A DNA stretch of 63,661 nucleotides, filler included, from Octopus bimaculoides (taxonomy: Eukaryota), in the NCBI RefSeq assembly GCF_001194135.2. It is 6 parts of 5 records of this genome, joined end to end, with 100 filler letters (N's around TTAATTAATTAA, not from the genome) between each part and the next. Parts side by side here need not be neighbours in the genome. Positions count along the whole stretch, not along the records: positions 35,962 to 58,597 come from NC_068994.1; 5 more parts are not named here. One strand, written 5' to 3'. The notes under the pieces were generated by a model. It was not told the DNA's origin, did no database searches, and worked only from the letters and a program-made list of their open reading frames with translations. The position numbers were made by a program, and so were the translations under genes. This document shows positions 39,356-50,764 of this stretch, piece after piece. Positions within the stretch are counted from its first letter, which is position 1. Every line of letters starts with the position of its first letter.

Positions 39356-39538
39356 AGAATAAAATTCTTTCTATTACAAAACCAGACAGGAAACAAAGTT
39401 GCAATAGTTGGTAATGGTAGATGTGACACCCAACCAACTTTTTCGGTTTCTGTTGAAGGAGCCTTGCAGAATTTACCAAAGGTGGTGATACAAATAAAGA
39501 CTAATGATACCTCATCTGTTCAGATAAGTCAGAGCGTG
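39356..39538 (+). CDS. Exon A of a Pif/BMSP-like ConA/LamG-domain gene (start probably hidden in the upstream N gap)
   Basis: RIKFFLLQNQTGNKVAIVGNGRCDTQPTFSVSV...QISQSV, ending at a phase-0 donor GTAAGA (39539). The AIVGNGxC motif resembles ALVxNGDC of molluscan Pif-like LamG domains. An alternative acceptor lies at 39385. Confidence 0.75.
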
Positions 39539-40469
39539 GTAAGATGCATTTAATACTGATTTTTTATTAAATTTTTAATATTAAAGATTTCGAAGGCAGC
39601 GAGCAGGCAAAATTGTTAGCACGCTAGGCCAAATGCTTAGCAGCATTTTGTCCGTCGTTGCACTCTGAGTTCAAATTCCACCAAGGTCGACTTTGCCTTT
39701 CATCCTTTCGGGGTGGATAAAATGAGTTAGACACTGGGGTCGATGTAACTGATGTAACCTCTTCCTAGAAATTACTTGCATTGTATCAAAATTTGAAACC
39801 AATTTTAAATATTTCGAAGAAATTTGATTAAGAAAAGGAATTGAAGTGAAATTGTTCACAAATCTATTGAAAATTAATAAAGTTGGATAACAAAACATTT
39901 ATATTGTAATATCACTGCTCTGATTACAAATTTAGGAACCGCAGCTTCATGAAATGTTGTTAGAGTTGTCAAATATATTATTTAACGTTTCCTCTTGCAT
40001 AGTAATTAGTTTCCTGCTTATATAGTAATAGATAGTTCAACACTTTGTAAGGTTTGAAGAGAATTGGAGATAGTTTGATAGTTGTCAGTGCTGTTACTGT
40101 GTCTTTCCATATGAGAATGCACGAACCACGATTAACTCCGAATTTTAAAAACAAAAATTAGATTAAATATTGAAAGCTGCAGGAAGCATCTATCTAGAGA
40201 CTTAATCAGGCTCGTAACACTGATTGGCAGCAAAATGAAGTACCATTGGCTGGTATGATACATCGGTGTAAATAATCAACTTGATGGCAGATGGAACAAA
40301 ATTCTGTAAAACCTTGTCGAAGTGTCGAGAGCTTAAGGTGAAATACATTTTAATCAAAGGTTTCTCTAAAAACCTAGACTCGGCCTATACAATAAATCCT
40401 AGCACAAATTCTCAATTAAAGTAAATACAAAAGAGAAAATGTATCTTACAAATATATTTTGTTTCACAG

Positions 40470-40563
40470 TCCTTCTCAAAGTGGATAAGTTTGGTCATAG
40501 TGAAAACTGAAAGTGATATCAGAGTGAAACTAGATAAAAACCCTGAAGTTATTCATCCAGCTG
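40470..40563 (+). CDS. Exon B of the Pif/BMSP-like LamG-domain gene
   Basis: Acceptor tttgtttcacag; SFSKWISLVIVKTESDIRVKLDKNPEVIHPA plus 1 nt; donor GTAAGT. It starts in phase 0 and ends in phase 1, matching both neighbours. Confidence 0.8.
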
Positions 40564-41916
40564 GTAAGTTTAAAAATCAATATGCATTAAAATTCCTTTT
40601 TTTTTTAACATACACCCTGATACTCACCCACATACATACCTACACACATACCTACACACGCAGATACATACATGCAAATGTTCTGTCACACTCTCACATA
40701 CACATTCTCGCACTCTCTTTCTCTTTCCTCCTTCCCCAGGACTGGGAAGTTAATATGAATTTAGTTGTATCTCGTGTAATAAGTCATGGGAGGAAACGCA
40801 GGCAGAGGACATTTATATGCTCAAAGAAGCATATAAATACACCCCTATACATCCCCCCACACACATGGCTGGGAGGCAAACTACTTAAAAAAGCAGCGCC
40901 TGTAGTGGTTCTGTGATAAATTTGTTTCCCAACCACATGGTTGCTGATTCAGTACCACTGCGTGGCACCATTAGCACCATTAGCATGTGTCCGTACTTCC
41001 TTATTTGAATTTTCAACCCCACCTGCTTCTTGCTTCTTATATGGAGTTTAAGACTAGCTCATTTACACTAATCTGCAGAGAGAAAGGTACCTATATTTCT
41101 ATGTTATATATATCATCACCTAACCGTTACACGTTAGTCTTGTTTTAAACAGACATGACTCCTAGAACAATTACACATTAAACAATTTGCAAGAACACAA
41201 CACCCATGTAATTCTAAAGCCCACTTTTTTCTTGATTAAGTTCTTATTTTTCTTTATTGTACTACTGACGAGTACTCTTTGACAACTCAGATTCTTAAAA
41301 TGAATTTATTGTCTTTCTGCACGAAACGATTATCTAGCGAACTGAATAAATATTTTATCCTATATTAACATCTAATCACCTACATTTATGAAAAATATGA
41401 TTGAATTTGTCGAACTTCGTTCTATAACTTAAATCATATACTTAATATACTTATATAGCTTTTCATATCTACGCCATTTTACACCAGTAAATTCAAGGTA
41501 AAGTAATTCTTTAAGGCAGGAGAGTGCGTGTGTTGTAGTACCTGTGTGGATGTGTTTGTGCTTGCATGAGTGGAGTTTAGCAGCAGGATTAAGATTTGGT
41601 GGTGAGGCGATGTTACAAGTGTATGTGCGTTTAGGCGTTGCTGTGTGTGCGTATGTTTCTGTGTGCGTATGTATGAGTGTGTGTGAATGCGTGTGTACGT
41701 GTGTGTGCATATATGCGTGTGTATGTATGTTTGCATGTGCGTGTGGGGAGGGGTGTGAGAAGTGAGGTGACAAAGTGTATGAATACTGAGACTTTGTGTC
41801 TGTGTTTGTCCCCCACCACCGCTCGACAAAATCTCATTAATTGTCCCAACACTTCCTATTTTCTCTTCACGTATAAGAAATAATTTTTTTCTCATATTCA
41901 TGTATTTCTCCTTCAG

Positions 41917-41996
41917 GGAAAGTCGAAAGGCACGACTGTGCATTTGGTGTTGGAAATATGACCAATATGACCAACTTAGTTGGTTATGTCAAAGAC
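41917..41996 (+). CDS. Exon C of the Pif/BMSP-like LamG-domain gene
   Basis: Acceptor tttctccttcag; (G)KVERHDCAFGVGNMTNMTNLVGYVKD; donor GTGAGT; phase 1 to phase 0. It resembles the G.IERRxCALQIG...GYxD motif. Confidence 0.8.
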
Positions 41997-42367
41997 GTGA
42001 GTATAATTCTTAAAATTTGAAGTTTTCTTCATATTTGAATTTTTATTCATATTTCCTTTTTTCTTTTTTCAAATTTCAATCAGATTAGTGCAATATTGAT
42101 AATTTACAGAACATGGCAAAGAGCCTTTTGTCTCTTATATCTATAAGATAAAGAAAAAATGAAAGACAACTTTCTCTACATAAATTTTTCTCATAGAAAA
42201 TTTTAACTGTTACTGTTTGTACCAGTAATTTGTTTTCTCTTATTTTACAAACTGATCTGCAGTTGATGATACATTCAAATATCATTGAAAATTGAAGCAA
42301 ATTTCCTACCTTCAACACATGTGCTGATTTCACTGTCATGCCTCAGTTGCCCTACGTCTCAGGAATA

Positions 42368-43122
42368 TACAAGATGCATTCCAAAAGTTTTGAGACTTTT
42401 TCAGGAGAAACATTTATTAATTTCAAAGAAGTACAACATGCACTCGTTGTAGTGCTCCAGTCATTTTGCAAAGACCCTGTGGAAGTCCTACTAAGTGAAG
42501 GTGTTTAGGACCCATGTCACAGCCTCATCCGTCTTCTTCAGCTTAAGAAACGAGCAAAAGTCACAGGGAATAGGATCTGGATAGTAGTGAGGGAGGGTGA
42601 AGGACAGTTCTGATACCCATCTTTCTCAAGTAGTTTGTTACTATGATGGAAGGGTGGACTGGTGCAGGTTCTCTGGCCTTTTGCGACAAAATCTCTTCTT
42701 GAATTTCCTCAGAGCTTTCACAAGGTACTCTTTATTGACCGTCTGGCCAGAAGGGACCCAGTGCATATAAATTATGCCCTTGGCGTCGAAGAGGGGGATT
42801 ATCATGAGCTTCTCAATGAACTTGATTTGTCTAGCCTCTTGTTCGGCTTATACAAGTTAATCCATAAGCAGTCAAGAGCATCTTTTAAGTTTCTGTATCG
42901 TTTTTGCCAAGTTTAACACAAAATTTTATTGCTTAGCGAGCTTCCAAACTGTCTTCATATCTTCACTGCACTCTAAAATCTAGTCGGCTGTGACAACCGT
43001 GTTTAGTAGGGTGTGTGCAAAGGGCTGTTACAGCCTTCTACTAAAATTACTATAATCTAGAACAGTTTAACTGCTTCTCCTTAAGAAAAAAGTCTCTAAA
43101 CTTCTAGAATGCACCTCGCATA
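42368..43122 (-). mobile_element. Internally deleted mariner transposon in the last intron of the LamG gene
   Basis: Imperfect TIRs tacaagatgcattccaaaagttt and aaacttctagaatgcacctcgcata. The minus strand reads MIIPFFDAKGIIYMHWVPSGQTVNKEY. Confidence 0.8.
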
Positions 43123-44097
43123 TCCTATCATATAGTGGCTCTCAATAAGTGTTTCTCATCCATTTAACGTCATGAAAACAAAGTTTAACATTGGCTCTCA
43201 ATGGATTCTTCGAGTTTTAAGAGTAATTAATTTTGACATTAAAACGGCTCCATGAACTAACAGCCTTATGAACTTTAGTTCAAATAACTGTTTGCAATTC
43301 ACTGCATTGTTAATCGAGATATTATTATTAGCTGTCAAATGCAATATACTAAAACACTTAGAAAACATTTACAAATTTTTACTATTTTTATGGAAGCCAT
43401 AACGTAGAAATGAGCTTTACCTGTATTGAACATAGAGGAGATGGGTTGTTCAAAATAATGGGTCAACATTTGTGAACCTGCTAAATATAAAATAAAATTA
43501 GTAATTGGCTTTTGTCGTTTTAGATTCGCAAGCAACAATTTAACTCTTGTTATTGGGGAAAGTTTCATTCAGTGCAAGGCCAGAAACGCCAGCATTTTAC
43601 AAATTCAAATCCAATAACTCTGTGATTAACTTAACTGTTATATATTTCACCGCTGATTACATTAGCTCCATAGGTAAAATGGCCAAGATACAATCCTAGA
43701 TTACTGTCGATATTGTGAAATTTGTTCCGTCAGACGATTCTCTCACACAATTGTTTGTATCTGGAATACGCGATAATTACCGAATTGTGCAAATATATAA
43801 ACATAGCAAGCCAACAAAGAAGCTTCTACAATGTCACTGGACTTGCTGTAAATTGCAGTTAGATATCACATGCTAAAGTCTTAAAAAGAAATAGGCACTG
43901 TGGGTAATGTTTTACGTTTTGATACACTATACGTAAGACAAGTCCGGGTATTTTTAGCTGGAATTACATATGATCATAGATTTACTTTGTCAGAGCTGAC
44001 GGTGGGTAAAAATATGAGTGTATATATGTTATTGTTTTGCATCGTTGTACATTATTCAAGTTCATTGACTGAAGTTAATATTTTTTTATTTTTGCAG

Positions 44098-44127
44098 TTT
44101 TACTTTGCCAAATGTTTGGACAACTGA
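44098..44127 (+). CDS. Terminal exon D of the Pif/BMSP-like LamG-domain gene (FYFAKCLDN*)
   Basis: Strong acceptor tttttttatttttgcag, phase 0. It supplies the last strand and terminal Cys expected for this domain. AATAAA lies at 44218-44223. Confidence 0.7.
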   Translation, partial: FYFAKCLDN

Positions 44128-44799
44128 AGCATCGGTGGTTAATTATCCGCATGAAATACCGACATATTAACAGCTTTTTTTGAAATTACTTTTCATTTTT
44201 TTTTTTATTTTGACTAAAATAAAATTATCTCGCATGAATTAATTTATTGTCTTCTTAAGCACAATGTCTTCGTCTCTTTCATTTGTTATTTATATTATTC
44301 ACGATGTATATTTATTACCTAATTATATACATAATTATCAAGGATGCAAGATGTTCACTACCTTCTAAAAATGTTTTATCCAGATGTAAAATCCGACATA
44401 TGATTTCAGTTCGCTAGATGCTCTAGAGGTATATATTAACTGAACACATCATATAGATGAAAAGCTTTCTGAAATATAGGCTTTTAGAGTTTTAATTTAG
44501 TAAGGAATTTGATAGACAAGAAGAAGAATCCGAAATGTTTCATTACTTCACTCGTCACAGAAAATCCCCGTATTATTTTTGCAGACTCTTATATCCAAGC
44601 AACTTCTGTAACAAATGTGCAACCGACAGTGGCCGTTAATTCCTTACTATGTCCTTTTCAAAAATTGGGTTTGAGTAATTTAACAAAACTGTAGAAGCCA
44701 ATCGTTGGGAGAGATAATATTACGAGTAGTTGAACAAGCAAGAAAACAGAACATTTACAGCAGAGATAATACATGCATGCATACATTCATTCATTCATT

Positions 44800-45526
44800 T
44801 GAAGCGACAAGTCGCGTATTTGACGTGGAAGACTATCGAAAATACAATGAATACTATCTCCAACTTTGGAGCCACAACTATCAGCCTTGTTAAATAACTG
44901 GTTAATCTTCAGATGAATTAACTGTGGGAGCCTTTTATTCACGACCGTAGTGATTTTCGACTGAAACTTGAATTTAGAACGCAGAGAGTTACTAACAACA
45001 TGGCTGGCCACAACATCAACAACACAATCGAGAAACAGAAGGAAAACAACAGCTCAACAGGTAAACAAATTCTTTCTAGCTCTAGTAATAGAAGAAACCG
45101 TAACTGCAAAACTCATTTCTCTTGGAGCTATGAATTGAATAATGATCTATTTAATTGCTACGAAAAAGCGAAACAAAACCCCGCTGTTGGCTATATGAAT
45201 CGATTGAAACCATATTTGGACGATCTGCATCCAGAATTAAATCATTTTACTGCGAAGCAACTACGCCAACAAGCAACATTTGTAGAACATAGAAAGAAGG
45301 TTAGTAACTGTAACTTCATTAAAAAATCGGAAATTAACCTTCTTCCAAACTCTATAAACAAAAACCAAAACGCAAATAACATAAAACTACCACGTGGTTT
45401 CGCAGCTAGCGACATTCCAACAGATTCCATAGTGCCTGTCAGCCAAACTACATTACTGTCTCAAGTAACTGACCACTGTCCCCCTACTACGACCATGGTA
45501 AATAGCAGGCACAACCGCAACGATTA

Positions 45527-45596
<70 letters not shown>

Positions 45597-47930
45597 TAGG
45601 ATTATATATCGGTGAAATGTGCCCTTACTGAAATTTTCCGAGAAAAAATAACTTTGGCTTTGAAGGACTCTCTCAAGGAGAGAGTACTCTCTACCAAAGT
45701 AAATAAAAGACACCAGATACGGCATTAAAAGCTGCTAACGAAATTGGTGATGGTAGTTATAACAGTGTGATGAACCCACATACTGGTAGATTAACGCCTG
45801 TCTATATGCGCTGGCTACTACTACTGTAGAACAGTGCTTGAAGGTTATTCAAAAAGTAAACAAAACCGAAATAACAAAGGAAGTACCATTATGGGTTTTG
45901 AAGACAGAGAAAAAGCTAACTGGTTTACGGAAGACCATCAATCATGTAATGATGCTTATTGTATGCAAACAAGCAAATCACTATATGTCTCACCAACAGA
46001 AAGTAAAGAAGGAGATAGAAATGATGTTTGGAGACAGCAAAAAGGGAACACTCACTTGCAAACTGATTATTCTCAAGCAGGAGCTAAAAGCTGTCAGTGA
46101 AAAACTCCGACATCAGAAGAGAATAACCGAGAGAAGAACAATAAACAAAAACTTTAACCGCAACCAGGCAGCAGTATACAAAAACAGTATGAGAAGAGGA
46201 GCAATAAATATCATGGAAGCTCCTTCACGAGAAGACATGGATTACTTCTGGAGGAAAATCTGGTGTGAAGAGAAGGAATTTAACCAAGATGCTCTGTGGC
46301 TGGAAAAAATCCGAAAATGTTTTTACTGCTACGTTACATACAAGACTTTACAACATTGATGGTAAAACTCTTGCAACTGTGATCCAGAAACCCCAGGATG
46401 GAAAAGCACCTGGAAGAGACTTGATTGTTGGATATTGGTACAAGAAGCTAACATTCTACCGACCATATCTTATCAATCTGTACCAGCAAGCTTTCATTGG
46501 GAACAGTAGCATACCACATTGGTTAGCTCTGGCAGAGACAAAATTGACCTCCAAATGCAGAACCACCCATATGGCAAAATCTGCTGGCCAATTGCATGCC
46601 AGAACTTAATGTGGAAACATTGATGTGAAAACCCGAAAAATACTAAAAAGAACACAATTTCTACATAAACAGTAACGTAGACCACCTCTACCGAAAACGA
46701 AAACTATGCGGTAGAACATTGATGAAAAATGCCTTTGAATGTAGCATCATATCCCTTCGGCAACATCTTTTAACCACTAAGTGTCGAAGTGCATCTCTTG
46801 ACCAGGTTTGCATACATGAGGCTGATAACATCATAAGACTTGGAAGGCAGCTCATTAAACTAGAATATATGCCCAAAGAAGTCGCACGAATCTACCGCAA
46901 CGTATCATCAGATGATAGGATGATCCTACATGAGCAGAAGATTATGCATGGATATGTTAGTAGAAAGCTCCGTGATGATAGTAACATCGATCATCAAAGC
47001 AGTTTATCATGGACCAATTGCCGGATTACTACCTCCCACTTTGAAGGATATGCGTTTGCAATCCAGCAACAGGAAATATCAACCAAGTACTTGTTGCACA
47101 AAAGGGATAGAGAAGCAGGAAAAAGCAGCAAAATGTAACAGCCGATGCAGACTTTGTGGAGTTCACACTGAAGATATCACCCACATCATAAACAGTTGTC
47201 TGAAAATGTCATCATAGCATTGTCTACCGATGAGACATGACGTTGTAGCTAGGACACTCTATAATGAAATCCGATGGAAGGATAATCCCGAGGACAAAGA
47301 AATAAAACCCCACAATATGGTAGAAGCCATAGCCACTCATAATAAAAAGGGATACTGATGGAATGTACCAGTGAAGACCTCAATAAAATGTAAGCACAAC
47401 AGACCAGATATAATGATTTGGGATAGAGAAGAGAAATTGTGCACAGTTGTGGAAATTAGCTGTCAAACGGATGTTAACAAAAAGCCTAAGATCAGTGAAG
47501 AAGAGAACACTTATGCTGACCTATTGAAAAATCTGAAGTTACTCTATCCAGATTACAAGTTCAAGTTTATACCTGTAATTATTGGGACCCTGGGATATGT
47601 AACACACTGCTTAAATACCAATAATGAGAAATTAAGCTTCTCAAAACCACTCCAGAAAGGAGTAAACTAATTCGAAGACTACAGATCCACTCCATCACTG
47701 GAACTGTAAAAGTCTGTAAAACTTTCCAGAAGTTTATCATTTAAATATATATGAGCTTGTCTAGATATATAACTATATGCATGAAAATACATACATAAAA
47801 CATACAAATCCGTACATACACACATACACAAACAAACAAACAAAAATACCCAATGAAGGAACCTTGGACCTAGGTTAGAAACCGGTTCTTTCTCTATTGG
47901 CAAGAAATTTTGAAATAAAGTGAATAATGA
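44800..47930 (+). mobile_element. Long decayed R4/Dong-type non-LTR retrotransposon with an internal (TAG)n tract and deleted RT core
   Basis: N-terminal W...LNNDL..CY..A, WK.PG.D.I.GYWYK, EGYAFAIQ.QEI.TK, CRLCG...EDI.HII..C and KHNRPDI.IWDR motifs. Confidence 0.85.
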
Positions 47931-47997
47931 GATACATACATACATACATACATACATACATACATGCATGCATACATACATACATACATACATACAT

Positions 47998-49010
47998 GCA
48001 TACATTCATCAAAATGCCTTTGAATGTATCATATCCCTTCGGCAACATCTTTTAACCATCAAGAGTCGAAGTACATCCCTTGATCAAGTTTGTATACATG
48101 AGGCTGATAACATCATAAGACTTGGAAGGCAGCTCCTTGAGCAACATTCCATATTTGATAACCAAAAATACATGCCCAAGAAGTAGGACTTCACCGCAAC
48201 ATATCATCAGATGATAGGATGAGCCCATATGAGCAGAAGACCATGCATAGATATGTTAGTAGAAAGCTCCGAGATTACTACCTCCCACTTTGAAGGATAT
48301 GCGTTTGCAATCCAGCAACAGAAATTAACAACCAAATACCTGATTCACAAGAGGGATAGAGATACAGGAAAAGCAGTAAAATGTGACAACCGATGCAAAC
48401 TTTGTGGAGTTAACACCGAAGATATCCCCTTCGGACACTCTATCATGTAGCTAGGACACTCTGTAATGAAATCCGTCGGAAGGATAACCCCGAGGAAAAA
48501 GAAATAAGAACCCACAGTATGGTAGAAGCCATAACCACTCATGATAAAAAGAAGTACTGAGGGACTGTTTCAGTGAAGACCTAAAAAAAATGTAAGCAGA
48601 CCTGATATAATGATTTGGGATAGAGAGAAACTGTGTACAGTTGTGGAAATTAGCTGCCAAACGGATATTTACATAAAGCTGAAGATCAATGAATAAGAGA
48701 GTATCTACGCTGAACTATTGAGAAATCTGAAGTTACTCTATCCAGATTACAAGTTCAAGTTTATAACTGTAATTATTGGTGCCCTGAGATATGTAACACA
48801 CTACCTAAACACCAATCTTGAGAAATCAGGCTTCTCAAAACCACTCCAGAAAGGAGTACGCTAATTCGAAGACTACAGATCCAATCCATTACTGGAACTG
48901 TAAAAATCTGTAAAACTTTTCAGGTGTTTATCATTTAAATATATGTCTAGATATGCAACTATATGCATGAGAATACATACATAAAACAGAACGTGCGATT
49001 CTGCACTTAT
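47998..49010 (+). mobile_element. Second, tandem copy of the 3' ~1.1 kb of the same R4/Dong element
   Basis: Collinear with about 46720-47830, with internal deletions, and begins right after a (CATA)n tract. Confidence 0.85.
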
Positions 49011-49033
49011 ACATATACATAGACGCGCACACG

Positions 49034-49123
<90 letters not shown>

Positions 49124-49129
49124 TATATA

Positions 49130-49600
49130 CATTTATGTGATGGCTGCAAAATCGTGTTCGTGTATTGCGATTGCCTGATCGAAAGTCCCACAAATGCAAA
49201 AGCTACGACCAACCAATTTTATGATAGATCTTACTTTTTTTCGAGCGATGCCTGTGCCTGATGGTTTTTTTTTTTTTGTGGGGAAAGGATTTGCACAAAT
49301 CGGATCCCACTCTCTGAACATGAGCAACACTCGACCACTGTCAGAAAATGCAGCAAATCTGACCTCAGAGAATACGACAATGTCCCAAAATGCTAGTGGC
49401 CTCTCCACCATATCACTGGCCCATTTTTTTCTCCGTTTGCTATTGGTTGGTCGAAGAAGTAGCTTTCTTTTTGCTACTCTGCCATAATAGCCAAGTTTGT
49501 TGAAATACCTGGTAGCTGTTCTGGGACTGACATTAACTTGTTCTGCTATGTGAGAGGCATTACTAAGAATTCTGTATGAATTGGCATAGGAGGGGGTTTA
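49130..49600 (-). mobile_element. Degenerate Tc1-type transposase fragment
   Basis: KKWASDMVERPLAFWDIVVFS(D)E.RFAAFSDSGRV corresponds to the first Asp region of a Tc1 DDE domain. Confidence 0.7.
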
Positions 49601-49789
49601 AGAGGGGTTAAACCTCACTCATTGCTTACCGCACTGGGTGACACTAACCCAAATGTTGATACTGAGAAATTGTAACCACATTCTCTCGAATCTTACCAAG
49701 CCTATTGTTTCAAAACAGAAAGGAGGCTTTGAAAATGTAGTCTTAATATACAAAAAGGACTGGCCGAAGTTGAATTCCTTTGGTTGTAG

Positions 49790-50011
49790 GTCTCCTCGGT
49801 GAGAGTAGACATAAAGCTACACAACTGCAATATCTGCAACTGTTTTATTATTAATTCCCACGGTATATTGGCAAATTTCCACGAACTCCTGTTGAATAAA
49901 TCAATATTAGCATGTCAATTTATTCTTTTTGTACGTACCTGTCATGTGTGTCACATTTACTTGAAAGAAGAAGTGAGCGGCAAAGCGAGAGAGGAGGACA
50001 GAGATGAAGTA

Positions 50012-50072
<61 letters not shown>

Positions 50073-50136
50073 NNNNNNNNNNNNNNNNNNNNNNNNNNNN
50101 NNNNNNNNNNNNNNNNNNNNNNNNNNNNNNNNNNNN

Positions 50137-50185
<49 letters not shown>

Positions 50186-50458
50186 GAGGGAGACAGTGAG
50201 TGGCGACGGCGTTCGTTTTGTGTTTTTAAATGTTTATCACATCGCAAGAGAAGTAGATACATCGATACATACACGCATTGTTAAATTAAAAACGGGAGAG
50301 AGATGGGACACAGAAAAAGTGAGAGAAAGACGGTTTTACACGTCTTTCTCTATTCTGTAACTGTCACAATTTAGAAACATTTCTCAAAGCACCGCCACAC
50401 AGTTTACAGATGCTTGCATTTTTTATATTTTCCGTGAATTTTTCACGGGTCCAGCTAG
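49790..50458 (+). mobile_element. Non-autonomous Helitron-like element (3' end clear, 5' end uncertain)
   Basis: Hairpin CCGTGAA-TTT-TTCACGG (50432-50448), then CTAG (50455-50458) followed by T. Confidence 0.55.
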
Positions 50459-50764
50459 TTAATAATAATAGTGCTTATTATGCACAAATCCATAGAGTTT
50501 TTAAAGTAAAAGAAGAGGCATTGTGTTATTTATTTGAATATATATATATATACATAATAAGAATGTGGAAATTTTATTTTAGTCGCCATTTTAATTGCCT
50601 TTCTTTTTGTTTAATATTTATGTATTTTCACTTATTTGTTCTATATTTATATTGTTTTGCTTCTCTGCTTTTGCGCAAATATTTTGGCTTTGTCACTGCT
50701 TTGTTGTCATATCTTATCAAACATCCCTCGTCTTTTTTTAACATTTATTTATATTCTTAAGAAT

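Noticed and set aside
42084-42146. Alternative terminal exon ISAILIIYRTWQRAFCLLYL* for the LamG gene
   Set aside because: 44098-44127 has a stronger acceptor, the expected motif and terminal Cys, and a poly(A) signal. This one could at most be a minor isoform.
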